Source: Candidatus Scalindua sp. (GTDB lineage Bacteria > Planctomycetota > Brocadiia > Brocadiales > Scalinduaceae). Taken from it: a stretch of DNA of 32,000 nt. The position numbers and the translations under genes are program-made. The stretch is from contig JALDRA010000001.1 of assembly GCA_031316235.1 (NCBI GenBank), positions 3,300,001 through 3,332,000 of the forward strand. Reading direction: 5' to 3'. Below, in pieces: positions 1 to 8,730 of this stretch (positions are counted from its first letter, which is position 1; each line of letters opens with the position of its first letter). The notes under the pieces were generated by a model. It was not told the DNA's origin, searched no databases, and saw only the letters and a list, made by a program, of their open reading frames with translations.

Positions 1-1
1 G

Positions 2-478
2 CAATCCGCAGTAGAGCGGTTATATTGCAGGGACATTATCATAGGCTGGAATGTGCAGGAGCGCAGAAAGGCTTTAGACAAAGTACTAAACAATAGTCGC
101 TTTCTGATCATGCCATGGGTAGAGGTAAAAAATATTGCATCACATATTTTATCACGAGTTGTCCGACAATTGCAGAAAGATTGGGTAGAGAAGTATGGCA
201 CCCGATTATTATTTCTGGAAACATTTATCGATCCATCAAAATTTTCAGGAACGTGTTATCAGGCAGCTAACTGGGTAAAAATTGGCAACACGAAGGGCTA
301 TCGTAAAAAGCAGAAAGGATTTATATACCATGGAAACAGCAAGGAGGTTTATTTTTATGTATTAGATCCACAAGGCAGACAAAAGATTAAACAAGACAAA
401 ACAGAACCATTACTTACCCGAAAGTATCTCCTTTCAAACAGACCTTACAGCAATCTGCCATTGGAAAGGAGAAGCAGT
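2..478 (+). CDS. DUF4338-family protein, C-terminal part (5' end outside the window). It runs without a stop codon into the transposase frame.
   Basis: The frame is open from nt 2. The translation NNSRFLIMPWVEVKNIASHILSRV...DWVEKYGTRLLFLETFIDPSKFSGTCYQAANWVKIGNTKGY matches my memory of the conserved DUF4338 (DruA-type) core. Confidence 0.55.
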
Positions 479-1877
479 ATGATAGTACGTCCCCCGGACT
501 GGAGTCCTGAAGTAGAACCCGGAGTTGAATTGAGTGCAAGCGATATCGGAAAGCTTGCAACAGAGTTGGAGAAGTATCACGCATTGTTTGAGGAGGGATT
601 CAGACGGAAAGAGCAGAAAGATTTGAGCTTGTGCTATTTGCAGGGTTTATTAAGTAAGCTTGATCGTAAATCGATAGAGCCAATAGCACTTCGACTCCGA
701 GGTAAAGATACAGTACGAAGCTTGCAACGGTTCATGGGAGAGTACAAGTGGGATGGAGAATTTATCGCTTCACGGCACAAAGAGGAACTCTCAAAACTAT
801 TGTCCGAAGCTGATGGAGTACTCAGTCTTGATAGTAGAGAAGTGGTGAAAAAAGGAAAGGAATCGGTGGGAGTCGCTCGTCAATATTGTGGCCGTCTTGG
901 TAAAATAGAAAATTGTCAGTCTGGAGTGTACGTGGCATATACGAGTACGAAGGGGTATGGATTGATAGACCGCCGGCTGTATATGCCTGAAAAGTGGTTT
1001 GACCCTGAGTATAAAGAGAGACGTGAAAGATGCAAAGTGCCTAAAAATTTGGTATTCAGGAAGAAACCGGAACTTGCCGTTGAGATGATTGCTGAATTGA
1101 GTACGGGTGGGCTGTTCCCATTTCGTTGGATAACGTGTGATAGTATATTTGGCAATAGCCCTGATTTTTTAGAAAATCTTCCTCCACAGGTTTTTTATCT
1201 AGCTGATATAGCAAAGAATCGGAAAGTGTTAGTGAGCACGCAAGATGGTGAAGCTTGCCGGAAGAGAGTTGAAAGAAAAGTATCCGATATAGCACAGGAC
1301 GGAAATGTAAAGTGGAAGCTGGCCCAACTTGCTGAAGGAGCAAAAGGGCCAATTTATGGATTTGTCGCTCGAACCAGGGTGTTTGCAGGCGATGACAGTA
1401 CAGCGGAGAATGAAAGATGGCTGTTTTTAAGAAAAGATCCTAAAACACATGAAATAAAGTACTGCCTCAGCAATGCTCCGGCAGAGACGGCACTTGAAGA
1501 AATGATACGTGTATGTGTATTACGCTGGCCTGTCGAGCAATCATTTCAAGAAGGCAAAAGCGAATTAGGCATGGCAGATTATGAACATCGTTCCTGGCCC
1601 GCCTGGCATAGGCATATGACGTTTGTTTTTTTGGCACAATTATTTTTGCTTAGAATACGCGGAGTATTAAAAAAAAACACCGGCTCTGACTTTACCCCAA
1701 GCTCGTATGCTGTTGGAGGCCGTTCTGCCGGTTATTCCACTTGATAAAAAATACGTAATTGAACTTATCAGGTACCACCAGAAAAGGAATTATAGTGCTT
1801 ATCGTTCTCATAGAAAAACAAAAATAAAGGAATTCAAAAAATTGCAGCGGAAGCTGAGAAAAAAAGTGTCGCTGTAG
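479..1877 (+). mobile_element. IS701-family DDE transposase gene with its frame broken at an A9 run
   Basis: From the Met at 479 the translation has FRRKEQKDLSLCYLQGLLSKLDRKSIEPIA, VGVARQYCGRLGKIENCQSGV and YEHRSWPAWHRHMTFVFLAQLFLL, typical of IS701/IS4-type transposases. The listed ORF ends at 1744. Shifting +1 after the A9 run (1669-1677) restores PALTLPQARMLLEAVLPVIPLDKKYVIELIRYHQKRNYSAYRSHRK up to TAG at 1875-1877. Confidence 0.75.
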
Positions 1878-2040
1878 TGATACTAAATTTACCAGTCAGT
1901 ACACTGGTAGAACAAGACTGAAAAAAAATGACATCTTGTTTAGTGAATTAAAAAATGAGTATAATCGCTAATTAAGGTGTGAATCAAATCGAATGTAGTC
2001 AAGAATGAATTTGACCCCTTTACTGCAAGTGAGACTTAAA

Positions 2041-2107
2041 GCGGCAGTTTCAGTAAATATTAAATCGCATGGTTATTGGTGGTTGGCTTCATGCGATTGT
2101 TTGGTGT
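2041..2107. repeat. Hairpin repeat H, copy 1 (AATCGCATG, 18-nt loop, CATGCGATT, plus shared flanks)
   Basis: A perfect 9-bp inverted repeat lies at 2063-2071 and 2090-2098. The roughly 65-nt block recurs at 11088-11151. It supplies the last codons and the stop of the 78-aa ORF. Confidence 0.6.
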
Positions 2108-2309
2108 TTTTATCAGAATTAAGTTTTATTTCAGAAACAATATCTTCAACCGTCATTCCTCTAAAAATTTTATCTTTCATTTCAACATAATTACCTTTTC
2201 CAATACTATACTGATTTATAAACCTTATTGTTCTACTAACTCCTAGCTCTTTAAAAAGTACTTCAAATGCTTCTTTATTTATTTCGTTTGCTGTTGTAAC
2301 TATACTCAT
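2073..2309 (-). CDS. Small protein translationally coupled to the PIN gene (possible antitoxin partner)
   Basis: 78-aa ORF whose start overlaps the PIN gene stop by 4 nt (ATGA). I do not recognise the family. Confidence 0.45.
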   Translation of the reverse strand: MSIVTTANEINKEAFEVLFKELGVSRTIRFINQYSIGKGNYVEMKDKIFRGMTVEDIVSEIKLNSDKNTKQSHEANHQ

Positions 2310-2746
2310 TTTTCATACTCCTCTATAAACTTTAATGGAGAAATAACTTTTGTTTTTAAATTTTTAATCTTTTGAGCTCGCTTAATAAACCTATCGTCGG
2401 TAGTACAGATATAATCTATTTTTTCTATATCTCCTATGGCAAGATGTAATGCATCAATAGCCTTTACGTTTTTCTTTTCAAATTCTTTTGCTCGATTAAT
2501 AATTTTATCAGATAAATTAATATTTTTTGAACTTAGTGATAGAACCTTCAAACCAAACGCTACTCTTTCTGGATCTGGTGTTTTGCTTAATTCCAATTCT
2601 ACTATCGAAGATGCGACCAGCTCAATTTTCTTTTCTTCAATTAATTCTATAATACTGATAACTGCTTCTGCATCTATCCTAATACGAATTTGTGACTTAT
2701 CGTCAAATGGTCTTTGGATACAACAATTATCAAAGTAAATTTTCAT
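2306..2746 (-). CDS. PIN-domain (VapC-like) ribonuclease toxin
   Basis: 146 aa. It has an N-terminal MKIYFDNCCI..PFDD and a C-terminal ICTTDDRFIKRA with acidic residues spaced as in the PIN fold. Confidence 0.7.
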   Translation of the reverse strand: MKIYFDNCCIQRPFDDKSQIRIRIDAEAVISIIELIEEKKIELVASSIVELELSKTPDPERVAFGLKVLSLSSKNINLSDKIINRAKEFEKKNVKAIDALHLAIGDIEKIDYICTTDDRFIKRAQKIKNLKTKVISPLKFIEEYEK

Positions 2747-3192
2747 AATATAACTTGTTTACATCAAGTGATTCATTAAGATGATGTACTTGCTTAAGAA
2801 GTATGTTAGCAAAAAGATATGTAGAAAGGAAACCAAAAAAATGTTGAAACTACATGTAAATTTGCGATTAGCATAATATCAATGGCGAAGCTTTATGAAT
2901 GTTGATAATTGGTTTATGAAGTGATATTTTAATGTTTTGTAATCTGGCAGACCGCAAGAGTACACGCAATAAAAAATGCAATACCAAAGGAGATTGGAAC
3001 AAAAAATAGAAAACTACGATTAGAGAGACTTCGTTCAAACCAGTTAAGTTTCATATCCTTGGGCTGATCTTTCCAGGTGTCCTTCATTTATTGAATATGA
3101 TAGATGGCAAATTGATGACGTTGATCGAGCTTCTGCAGAGCATTTCTGAGCTCGGGGAATCGGGGGACACAATACCTATTTAATTGAGCCGG

Positions 3193-3350
3193 GTAGGGCA
3201 GGCATCGCCTGCCATGTATTTGATTTATGCGGGTAATTTGTGCGGATGTGGGATGGATGAAACGGATAAAGACTGATTGTTTTATGGGGGACCATGCATG
3301 CCTTTCATCATAATGATGGATTTGATTTGGCAGGTGATGCCCTGCCCTAC
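3193..3350. repeat. Inverted-repeat pair flanking about 115 nt (MITE-like or IS-end remnant)
   Basis: GTAGGGCAGGCATCGCCTGCC (3193-3213) matches the reverse complement of GGCAGGTGATGCCCTGCCCTAC (3329-3350). Each arm is itself a small hairpin. Confidence 0.5.
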
Positions 3351-3494
3351 ATACAAATTACTCGGACAGGAAATATACATATATGCCAAAATGTCAAAGA
3401 TTTCTGACATTCGGTAGAACATTTTCTTTACGGTTGTCACCTGCAACCTAAAGGTATACGGACAAAACCGGAGAGCTGGGACTTAATGTTTAAT

Positions 3495-3803
3495 TTACAA
3501 CCACTCAACGTTTACGAGTTTTTCAACTTTTAGATATGCGAGAAGGAAGAAAGAGTTCAACAGGTACTTTTTCTTCATGCTTTTTATCCTCCCTTCTTTG
3601 TCATAATAATGCCCTGGTAAGAGAAGAGAGGTGCCATCTTTGAAGATTCCGCAAAAGATTTCTATCGGTTTCTCCGGAAGCGGCTCTATCACTGCATGGT
3701 TTTTTACAATCGTTAAACTTTCTGCCTTGATTTTATGCCAAGGATGACTCTTATTTTCTTTCGGTATCCTCGTAGTCGAATAACAATAGCTGACGTCCAT
3801 CAA
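3495..3803 (-). CDS. Hypothetical protein (weak call)
   Basis: Open frame only; no recognisable motif or clear RBS. Confidence 0.25.
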   Translation of the reverse strand: MMDVSYCYSTTRIPKENKSHPWHKIKAESLTIVKNHAVIEPLPEKPIEIFCGIFKDGTSLLLPGHYYDKEGRIKSMKKKYLLNSFFLLAYLKVEKLVNVEWL

Positions 3804-3832
3804 AACGTTCAGACTTTGGACTGAAACGATGG

Positions 3833-3944
3833 TATACTCATCTCATATTGGTTTTCGGATAAAATCCGAGATAAATTTGAGCGAGTATACCATCACCAAG
3901 ATCTGGTTTCCGGTAAAACCGGAAACCAGATCGGTTTTAGTATA
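3833..3944 (+). repeat. 112-nt MITE-like element, copy 1
   Basis: The ends are TATACT...AGTATA. Inside is a perfect 15-bp hairpin, GATCTGGTTTCCGGT-AAA-ACCGGAAACCAGATC, followed by GGTTTT. Other copies are at 5046-5157, 9319-9430 and 25594-25705. Confidence 0.8.
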
Positions 3945-4085
3945 AATGAGGTGGTTGATGTTCTCTTACTGACTTATGTTAAAATGTATTTAATGATGAG
4001 TATGTAACTGTTTTTTTGGAGTATGGTAGGATAAAAACTGTTACGGTATAGGTGATTGTCGAGCGTATCCTATGGGAAATACTTA

Positions 4086-4337
4086 TTAAATGTCTTTTCT
4101 GTGAAGAAACCTTACAAAAATGATGCTATTATCAATATGATCTATTCCGATGCGATAGTTACCTGATTTAATCCTGAAGTATGAATCATAGCCTTTAAGC
4201 TTTCTAAGATTCTTTATTTCTTTAATCTTAGTTGCGTCCTTAACTTCTTGAATTATGAGACTAAGACGATTTAATGTTTTTCTATCTTTGATTCTTTTTA
4301 GGTCCTTGGCAAAGCTTTCTTCGAAGAGAGTTTCCAT
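4086..4337 (-). CDS. RelE/ParE-family toxin
   Basis: 83 aa with LRKLKGYDSYFRIKSGNYRIGIDHIDNSIIFVRFLHRKDI, a typical RelE/StbE C-terminal pattern. Confidence 0.8.
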   Translation of the reverse strand: METLFEESFAKDLKRIKDRKTLNRLSLIIQEVKDATKIKEIKNLRKLKGYDSYFRIKSGNYRIGIDHIDNSIIFVRFLHRKDI

Positions 4338-4540
4338 TATTTTCTTTCGAGTAGCTTTGTAATTTGATCTTCTTCTACAAATTTATTCTTTCGTCCTTTT
4401 TTAATTGCTTTACCAAGACCTACTTCCTCTATGGCTTCTGTGACAAGTTCATACAATTCTTCTTTATTTTCATGTAACATCTCAATTAAACTGTCTTTTA
4501 TTAATGATTTAAGCTTATCGTCTTCTCTTTTTGTCTTCAT
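4337..4540 (-). CDS. Antitoxin partner of the RelE/ParE toxin
   Basis: Starting at Met32 of the listed ORF (cat at 4538-4540) gives a 67-aa charged helical protein. Its stop overlaps the toxin start. Confidence 0.65.
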   Translation of the reverse strand: MKTKREDDKLKSLIKDSLIEMLHENKEELYELVTEAIEEVGLGKAIKKGRKNKFVEEDQITKLLERK

Positions 4541-5045
4541 TTCACTATCCCCTATTTTACTTTTATCTTGGGAGCAATTATAACAAAATAATTGCTCCCA
4601 AGATAAAAGTAAATACTGAGTCATGAGGATCACCTGTTAAGATGAAAACTTTAATACATTATCCACACCCTGATTTTTAAAGTTTTTAGTTACGGTTTAC
4701 TATTCCGCTCCAGTCACCCATCCATTCTTCACTACATGATGGGAATTAAAGTGCACTCTTAATTACGGTACGACCACCAAGAATAGAATATTCAGGAGCG
4801 TGATAATTCTCCAGGGCGCTAACTTGCAAAAACTATGGGCTAACGGAAAGTGAAACACTGAAAGTTGAAATATGGTCAGTTTAAACTGTTTTCAGTGAAA
4901 TCAGTCTTCCGTGGGTAAGCTGGATATCGTACCTACCAGTTTTTTTGTACAAAAAAAGCAGGAAAAAGTCGGAATTTGCTTGACAGGTTTTTCGTCTAAA
5001 ATTGCTAGGAATTTTTGTTACCAGAGGTTTAGAATATTTACGCAG

Positions 5046-5157
5046 TATACTCATCTCATACTGGATTTCGGATAAAATCCAAGATAAATTTGAGCGAGTA
5101 TACCTTCACCAAGATTTGGTTTCCGGTAAAACCGAAAACCAAATCGGTTTTAGTATA
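5046..5157 (+). repeat. MITE-like element, copy 2
   Basis: Near-identical to 3833-3944. Confidence 0.8.
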
Positions 5158-5329
5158 TATGTGAGGCAGGCAGGCTAAACAGAGCCGCTAAAAGTGAAAA
5201 CAGGCAGGAGTGTGCACGTTTTTTCAAGTGGCGTAAAGTGGCATTTAAGGGGCAAAAAAATCCCGAAATAAGCACATGGTATAATAGCAAAATTGAATTA
5301 CATTAAAGCTATTTCCCCATGTATCCTAA

Positions 5330-5659
5330 ATTGCGGATAAACAAAATTACAATAGAATCAACGCTCGGGGCCATGTGTTGGTAGTAATGTTGTCATATAT
5401 GATTATCCGGCATCTACATCGGGCATGGGAGAAATTTGACATGACAGTTCCTGAGGGGATAGCTCAACTGAGCACACTTTGTTCTGTAGAAATGAAAGTC
5501 AAAGACCAGGGGGCATGCATGAAAAGACCGAGACCAAGGGAGAATACCCAAAAGCTTCTTAAAGCACTCAAGATAACTTTGCCAATTGTATTGCCCCATA
5601 GAGAGGTGCCCCTGATTGATAATGAAATACCTGATAGAATTAAAACCCAAAGGAGTTAG
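5330..5659 (+). pseudogene. 3' remnant of an IS1634/IS4-like transposase gene
   Basis: ARGHVLVVMLSYMIIRHLHRAWEKFDMTVPEGIAQLSTL resembles the C-terminal block of IS1634-type transposases. No upstream coding part is present. Confidence 0.45.
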
Positions 5660-5698
5660 AGATATAAAGAAGTTGACAATTTACACACCTGAGTATAG

Positions 5699-5800
5699 AA
5701 TTTGCGAGTCTATGACTGGCTTAATCTTTCTGAAGTAGAGGAAGGAAGAATAATTATTTATCGTATTTGCCATCGAAGAGATGCATATAACAGGAGATAA
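5699..5800 (+). pseudogene. C-terminal fragment of a RelE/ParE-like toxin
   Basis: The translation LRVYDWLNLSEVEEGRIIIYRICHRRDAYNRR* covers only about 33 codons after an in-frame stop. Confidence 0.4.
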
Positions 5801-5802
5801 TA

Positions 5803-5998
5803 ATGACCCTTCATCCACAAATTATAGAAAAAAAACGGTAAAAAAGAATTTGTTGTATTACCCTGCGAGGAGTTTTTACAAATCCAAGAGACATTAGAAG
5901 ATCGTGAAGATCTAAAAGAGCTGAGAAAAGAAAAAGAAAAATCAAAGGATCAGCCTGCTACTCCTCTTGATAAGGTTACTAAAGAGCTTGATCGATAA
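5803..5998 (+). pseudogene. Antitoxin gene with a frameshift in an A8 run
   Basis: MTLHPQIIEKK stops after the A8 run at 5828-5835. Removing one A gives ...EKNGKKEFVVLPCEEFLQIQETLEDREDLKELRKEKEKS...KELDR*. The length of 196 nt is 3n+1. Confidence 0.5.
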
Positions 5999-6039
5999 AA
6001 AAGACATAACATATCTCTGAAGCCAACCAGTTAATTATC

Positions 6040-6400
6040 TTGATGTCCTTCCAGGTCGGAGGAGGAATTATCCTGTTTATCTTTGGTCTGCAGAGGGTCT
6101 TCGGATCCGGATCACAGCAATCACGAACGGAGCCAGAGCACGATATGGCAGTTTTTTCCATGGGCTATTCCAGCTACTGCAACGCCAGGTGCAATACTGG
6201 CACTACCCTAATAATGCTTGGAGTTTTAACAGTCACACTCCTGTTGCTTCTTCTTGCCAATTGGATAGGAAGAATGATTGGCCCTGGTGGGGCATCCATC
6301 CTTACGAGGGTGATGGATATGATCCTGGCTGCGCTGTCTCGTCATGAATGCGCTTGGAATCGAAAAATGGATAGAGCCAGTGCCATACCAACATGGAGGA
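6040..6400 (+). pseudogene. MarC-family membrane protein remnant, truncated and frameshifted
   Basis: GGGIILFIFGLQRVFG...DMAVF, then in another frame FPWAIPATATPGAILAL, then ...IGPGGASILTRVMDMILAAL. These pieces are MarC-like but not contiguous. Confidence 0.45.
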
Positions 6401-6473
6401 GACGTTGTAAACCGAGCGTGTCATGCGTCGTTAAGTGGCACTAATACCCATAAATCTAAAGAAAACAAAGCAT

Positions 6474-6956
6474 ATGAAGTCAAGACTAGTAAAGCAACTA
6501 TATCTATATTGTTTTTTTGTTCTTTGCTCCTCAACCTCGTTTGCTGATACTCAAACAAAACTATCAGCAGGCCAAACCATTTATGTCCCTATCTATTCCA
6601 ATGTTTTCAGTGGTCCAAAAGGCCTACCTTTCAATTTATCGGCAATTCTAAGCATAAGAAATATTGATCTTTATAATTCAATAACAATCACTTCTGTCGA
6701 ATATTATGACAATGCCGGCAAACTTTTAAGAAAATACACAGAAAACCCCCTGGTTTTGCGCCCATTGGCATCAAACCATATAATCATAAAAGAGAGTGAT
6801 GGTGCAGGCGGTTTTGGAGCGAACTTCATTGTCAGATGGAAATCGGTCAAAGAAATTAATGCACCAATCGTTGAAACCGTTATGATCGGCGTAAGATCTG
6901 GCCAAGGAATATCGTTTGTAAGTCAAGGGCAAGTCATAAAAGAAGATACTAAATAG
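6474..6956 (+). CDS. DUF3124-family secreted protein
   Basis: Signal-like MKSRLVKQLYLYCFFVLCSSTSFA, then GQTIYVPIYSNVF...LSIRNID...YYDNAGKLLRKY...GGFGANFIVRW...QGISFVSQG. Confidence 0.65.
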   Translation: MKSRLVKQLYLYCFFVLCSSTSFADTQTKLSAGQTIYVPIYSNVFSGPKGLPFNLSAILSIRNIDLYNSITITSVEYYDNAGKLLRKYTENPLVLRPLASNHIIIKESDGAGGFGANFIVRWKSVKEINAPIVETVMIGVRSGQGISFVSQGQVIKEDTK

Positions 6957-6985
6957 GAGCCTACTAATGGGTGACCCTGATATGA

Positions 6986-7434
6986 CCCTGTGCATATGAT
7001 AGCCTGCTGGTATTCTTTCGAAAGGCAGCAGGTCTTGGGTATGGAAGATCCGGTGCAGTTGTGACCATACATATCTTCAGCAACTGCGCGGAGAAATTTC
7101 ATCCTCACATCATGCCCTTGTTTCTGACGGACTTTTTCGAGAAACGGGAACATTCTACGTCATACCTGATGTTGATTTAAAACCTCTTGAGGAAATTATC
7201 CGTGCAAGTGTTTTCAAAATGCTTAAGGACGAAGGCAAAATAGATGATGATACAATTAACAAGCTCATGAGCTTGAGACATTCCGGCTTCAGTGTGCACA
7301 ATGGAGTAAAAGTTGCGAGAGAAGATGAAAATGGCAAGGAAGCCATTTCTCAATATATTATTCGTAATACCTTTTTTTTGCCAGAGCAGAGTATTTCAGA
7401 GCATAATTTCCAAAAAATATTTGACTTTTGCTAA
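6986..7434 (+). pseudogene. IS91-family transposase remnant (C-terminal third, 1-nt deletion)
   Basis: GAVVTIHIF...KFHPHI, then after a -1 shift at about 7110 HALVSDGLFRETGTFYVIPDVDLKPLEEIIRASVFKMLKDEGKIDDDTINKLMSLRHSGFSVHNG. Confidence 0.55.
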
Positions 7435-7517
7435 TAACTTGACTACCCTCACAGAAAACCTAATAAGCAGATTCCTGTCATCTCATCCGCCAATAATATA
7501 AGGAATTAATTTTAAAT

Positions 7518-8603
7518 ATGAAACTACCCAGCATAAAGCAAGTGAAGAATTTGAAGGGGAAGAAGGTTCTCTTGAGAGCAGATCTGAATGTATTTATAGA
7601 AGATGGTGAGGTGAAGGGTGACTTCAGGATAAAACAGGCCCTGCCTACTATCAAATTGCTAAAGAAGGGCGGCGCGAAGATCATTATTTTAAGTCATGTC
7701 ACTAAGGGGCGATCGGATGGCCTCTTGCCTGTGGCACGTTATATCAATGAATCTTTTAAAATAGATTTTTCTAGAGAGGTGTTAGGAAGCGAGACAAGGG
7801 AGAAGATTGATAGTATGAAAAATGGCGGAGTCCTCCTCCTTGAAAACTTAAGATCAGACGACAGAGAGAAGAACAATGACGCTGACTTTGCTCGACAGCT
7901 GGCTTCCCTCGGTGATATTTATGTTAATGACGCTTTCTCCGTCTCTCATAGGAAGCACGCTTCTATTGTTAGTCTGCCGAAGTTTCTCCCTTCATACTCT
8001 GGTCTTCTCATGGATGATGAAGTTTCTAATCTTTCTAAAGCGTTTAGGACAAAGCATCCATTTCTCTTAATATTGGGTGGAGTTAAGTTTGAGAGTAAAC
8101 TGGGCGTGTTGAAGCGGTTTATAAAAACTGCCGATAAGATATTTATCGGTGGTGCCTTGGCGAACGTCTTTCTCAAAGAGAAAGGGATTGATATCGGAAA
8201 GTCTATTTATGACAAAGATGTGAATATTAAGAAGTTTGTGAAGAGTAAGAAAATTGTCATCCCTAAAGACATGGTTACAGTGAGTGGTATCAATTGGGAC
8301 ATTGGAGATGGCGCAATAAAAGAATTGAAAGAGATAATCGATAAAGCTAAGTTTATCATCTGGAGCGGACCTTTGGGCAACTTCGAAGGCGGTTATAAGA
8401 AGGGGACGACCGAGGTTGCCAAAGCCATCGCGAAGTCGAAGGCTGATTCGGTGGTAGGAGGAGGGGATACTATCTCAGCTATTAGGAAACTAAAGATATT
8501 GAATAAGTTTTCCTTCGCCTCGACAGGTGGAGGGGCAATGCTCGCCTTTCTCTCGGAGGGCACACTGCCCGGCATAGAAGCGCTTAAGAAAAAGAATAAA
8601 TAA
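7518..8603 (+). CDS. pgk: Phosphoglycerate kinase (short, divergent)
   Basis: LKGKKVLLRADLNV at the N-terminus, and GGGDT and STGGGAMLAFLSEGTLPGIEAL at the C-terminus. 361 aa. Confidence 0.85.
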   Translation: MKLPSIKQVKNLKGKKVLLRADLNVFIEDGEVKGDFRIKQALPTIKLLKKGGAKIIILSHVTKGRSDGLLPVARYINESFKIDFSREVLGSETREKIDSMKNGGVLLLENLRSDDREKNNDADFARQLASLGDIYVNDAFSVSHRKHASIVSLPKFLPSYSGLLMDDEVSNLSKAFRTKHPFLLILGGVKFESKLGVLKRFIKTADKIFIGGALANVFLKEKGIDIGKSIYDKDVNIKKFVKSKKIVIPKDMVTVSGINWDIGDGAIKELKEIIDKAKFIIWSGPLGNFEGGYKKGTTEVAKAIAKSKADSVVGGGDTISAIRKLKILNKFSFASTGGGAMLAFLSEGTLPGIEALKKKNK

Positions 8604-8610
8604 TCAACAA

Positions 8611-8639
8611 AAAGAGCCTGCTATGGCGGACTCTTTTTT
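8611..8639 (+). terminator. Rho-independent terminator of pgk
   Basis: AAAGAGCCTGC-TATG-GCGGACTCTTT hairpin followed by a T run. Confidence 0.65.
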
Positions 8640-8730
8640 AGTTGACGCAAGGTTATACATACAAGAGAAATAATTTAACTATTGAAAATAGATGTCTGAT
8701 GCATTTCAGTTTTAAAGGAGATAAAACAAA

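Noticed and set aside
388-398. TTAAACAAGAC paired with 1933-1943 as IS701 terminal inverted repeats
   Set aside because: Only about 9 matching bases. The right-hand sequence is also part of a hairpin module found without any IS at 13190-13205.
1941-1972. AT-rich hairpin TTAGTGA...TCGCTAA as a possible intron domain V
   Set aside because: The bulge is on the wrong strand, there is no AGC/CGC triad or GNRA loop, and it is far too AT-rich.
2930-3088. 52-aa minus-strand ORF (MKDTWKDQPKDMKLNWFERSL... with one hydrophobic helix)
   Set aside because: It is too short, has no RBS or homology that I can recognise, and cannot be supported from sequence alone.
4940-4957. Perfect palindrome TTTTTTTGTACAAAAAAA
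   Set aside because: It is low-complexity, is an isolated single occurrence, and has no associated feature.
6344-6547. 67-aa ORF and the tail of the 134-aa ORF between the MarC relic and DUF3124
   Set aside because: They overlap the frameshifted MarC remnant and the DUF3124 signal-peptide region and have no independent support.
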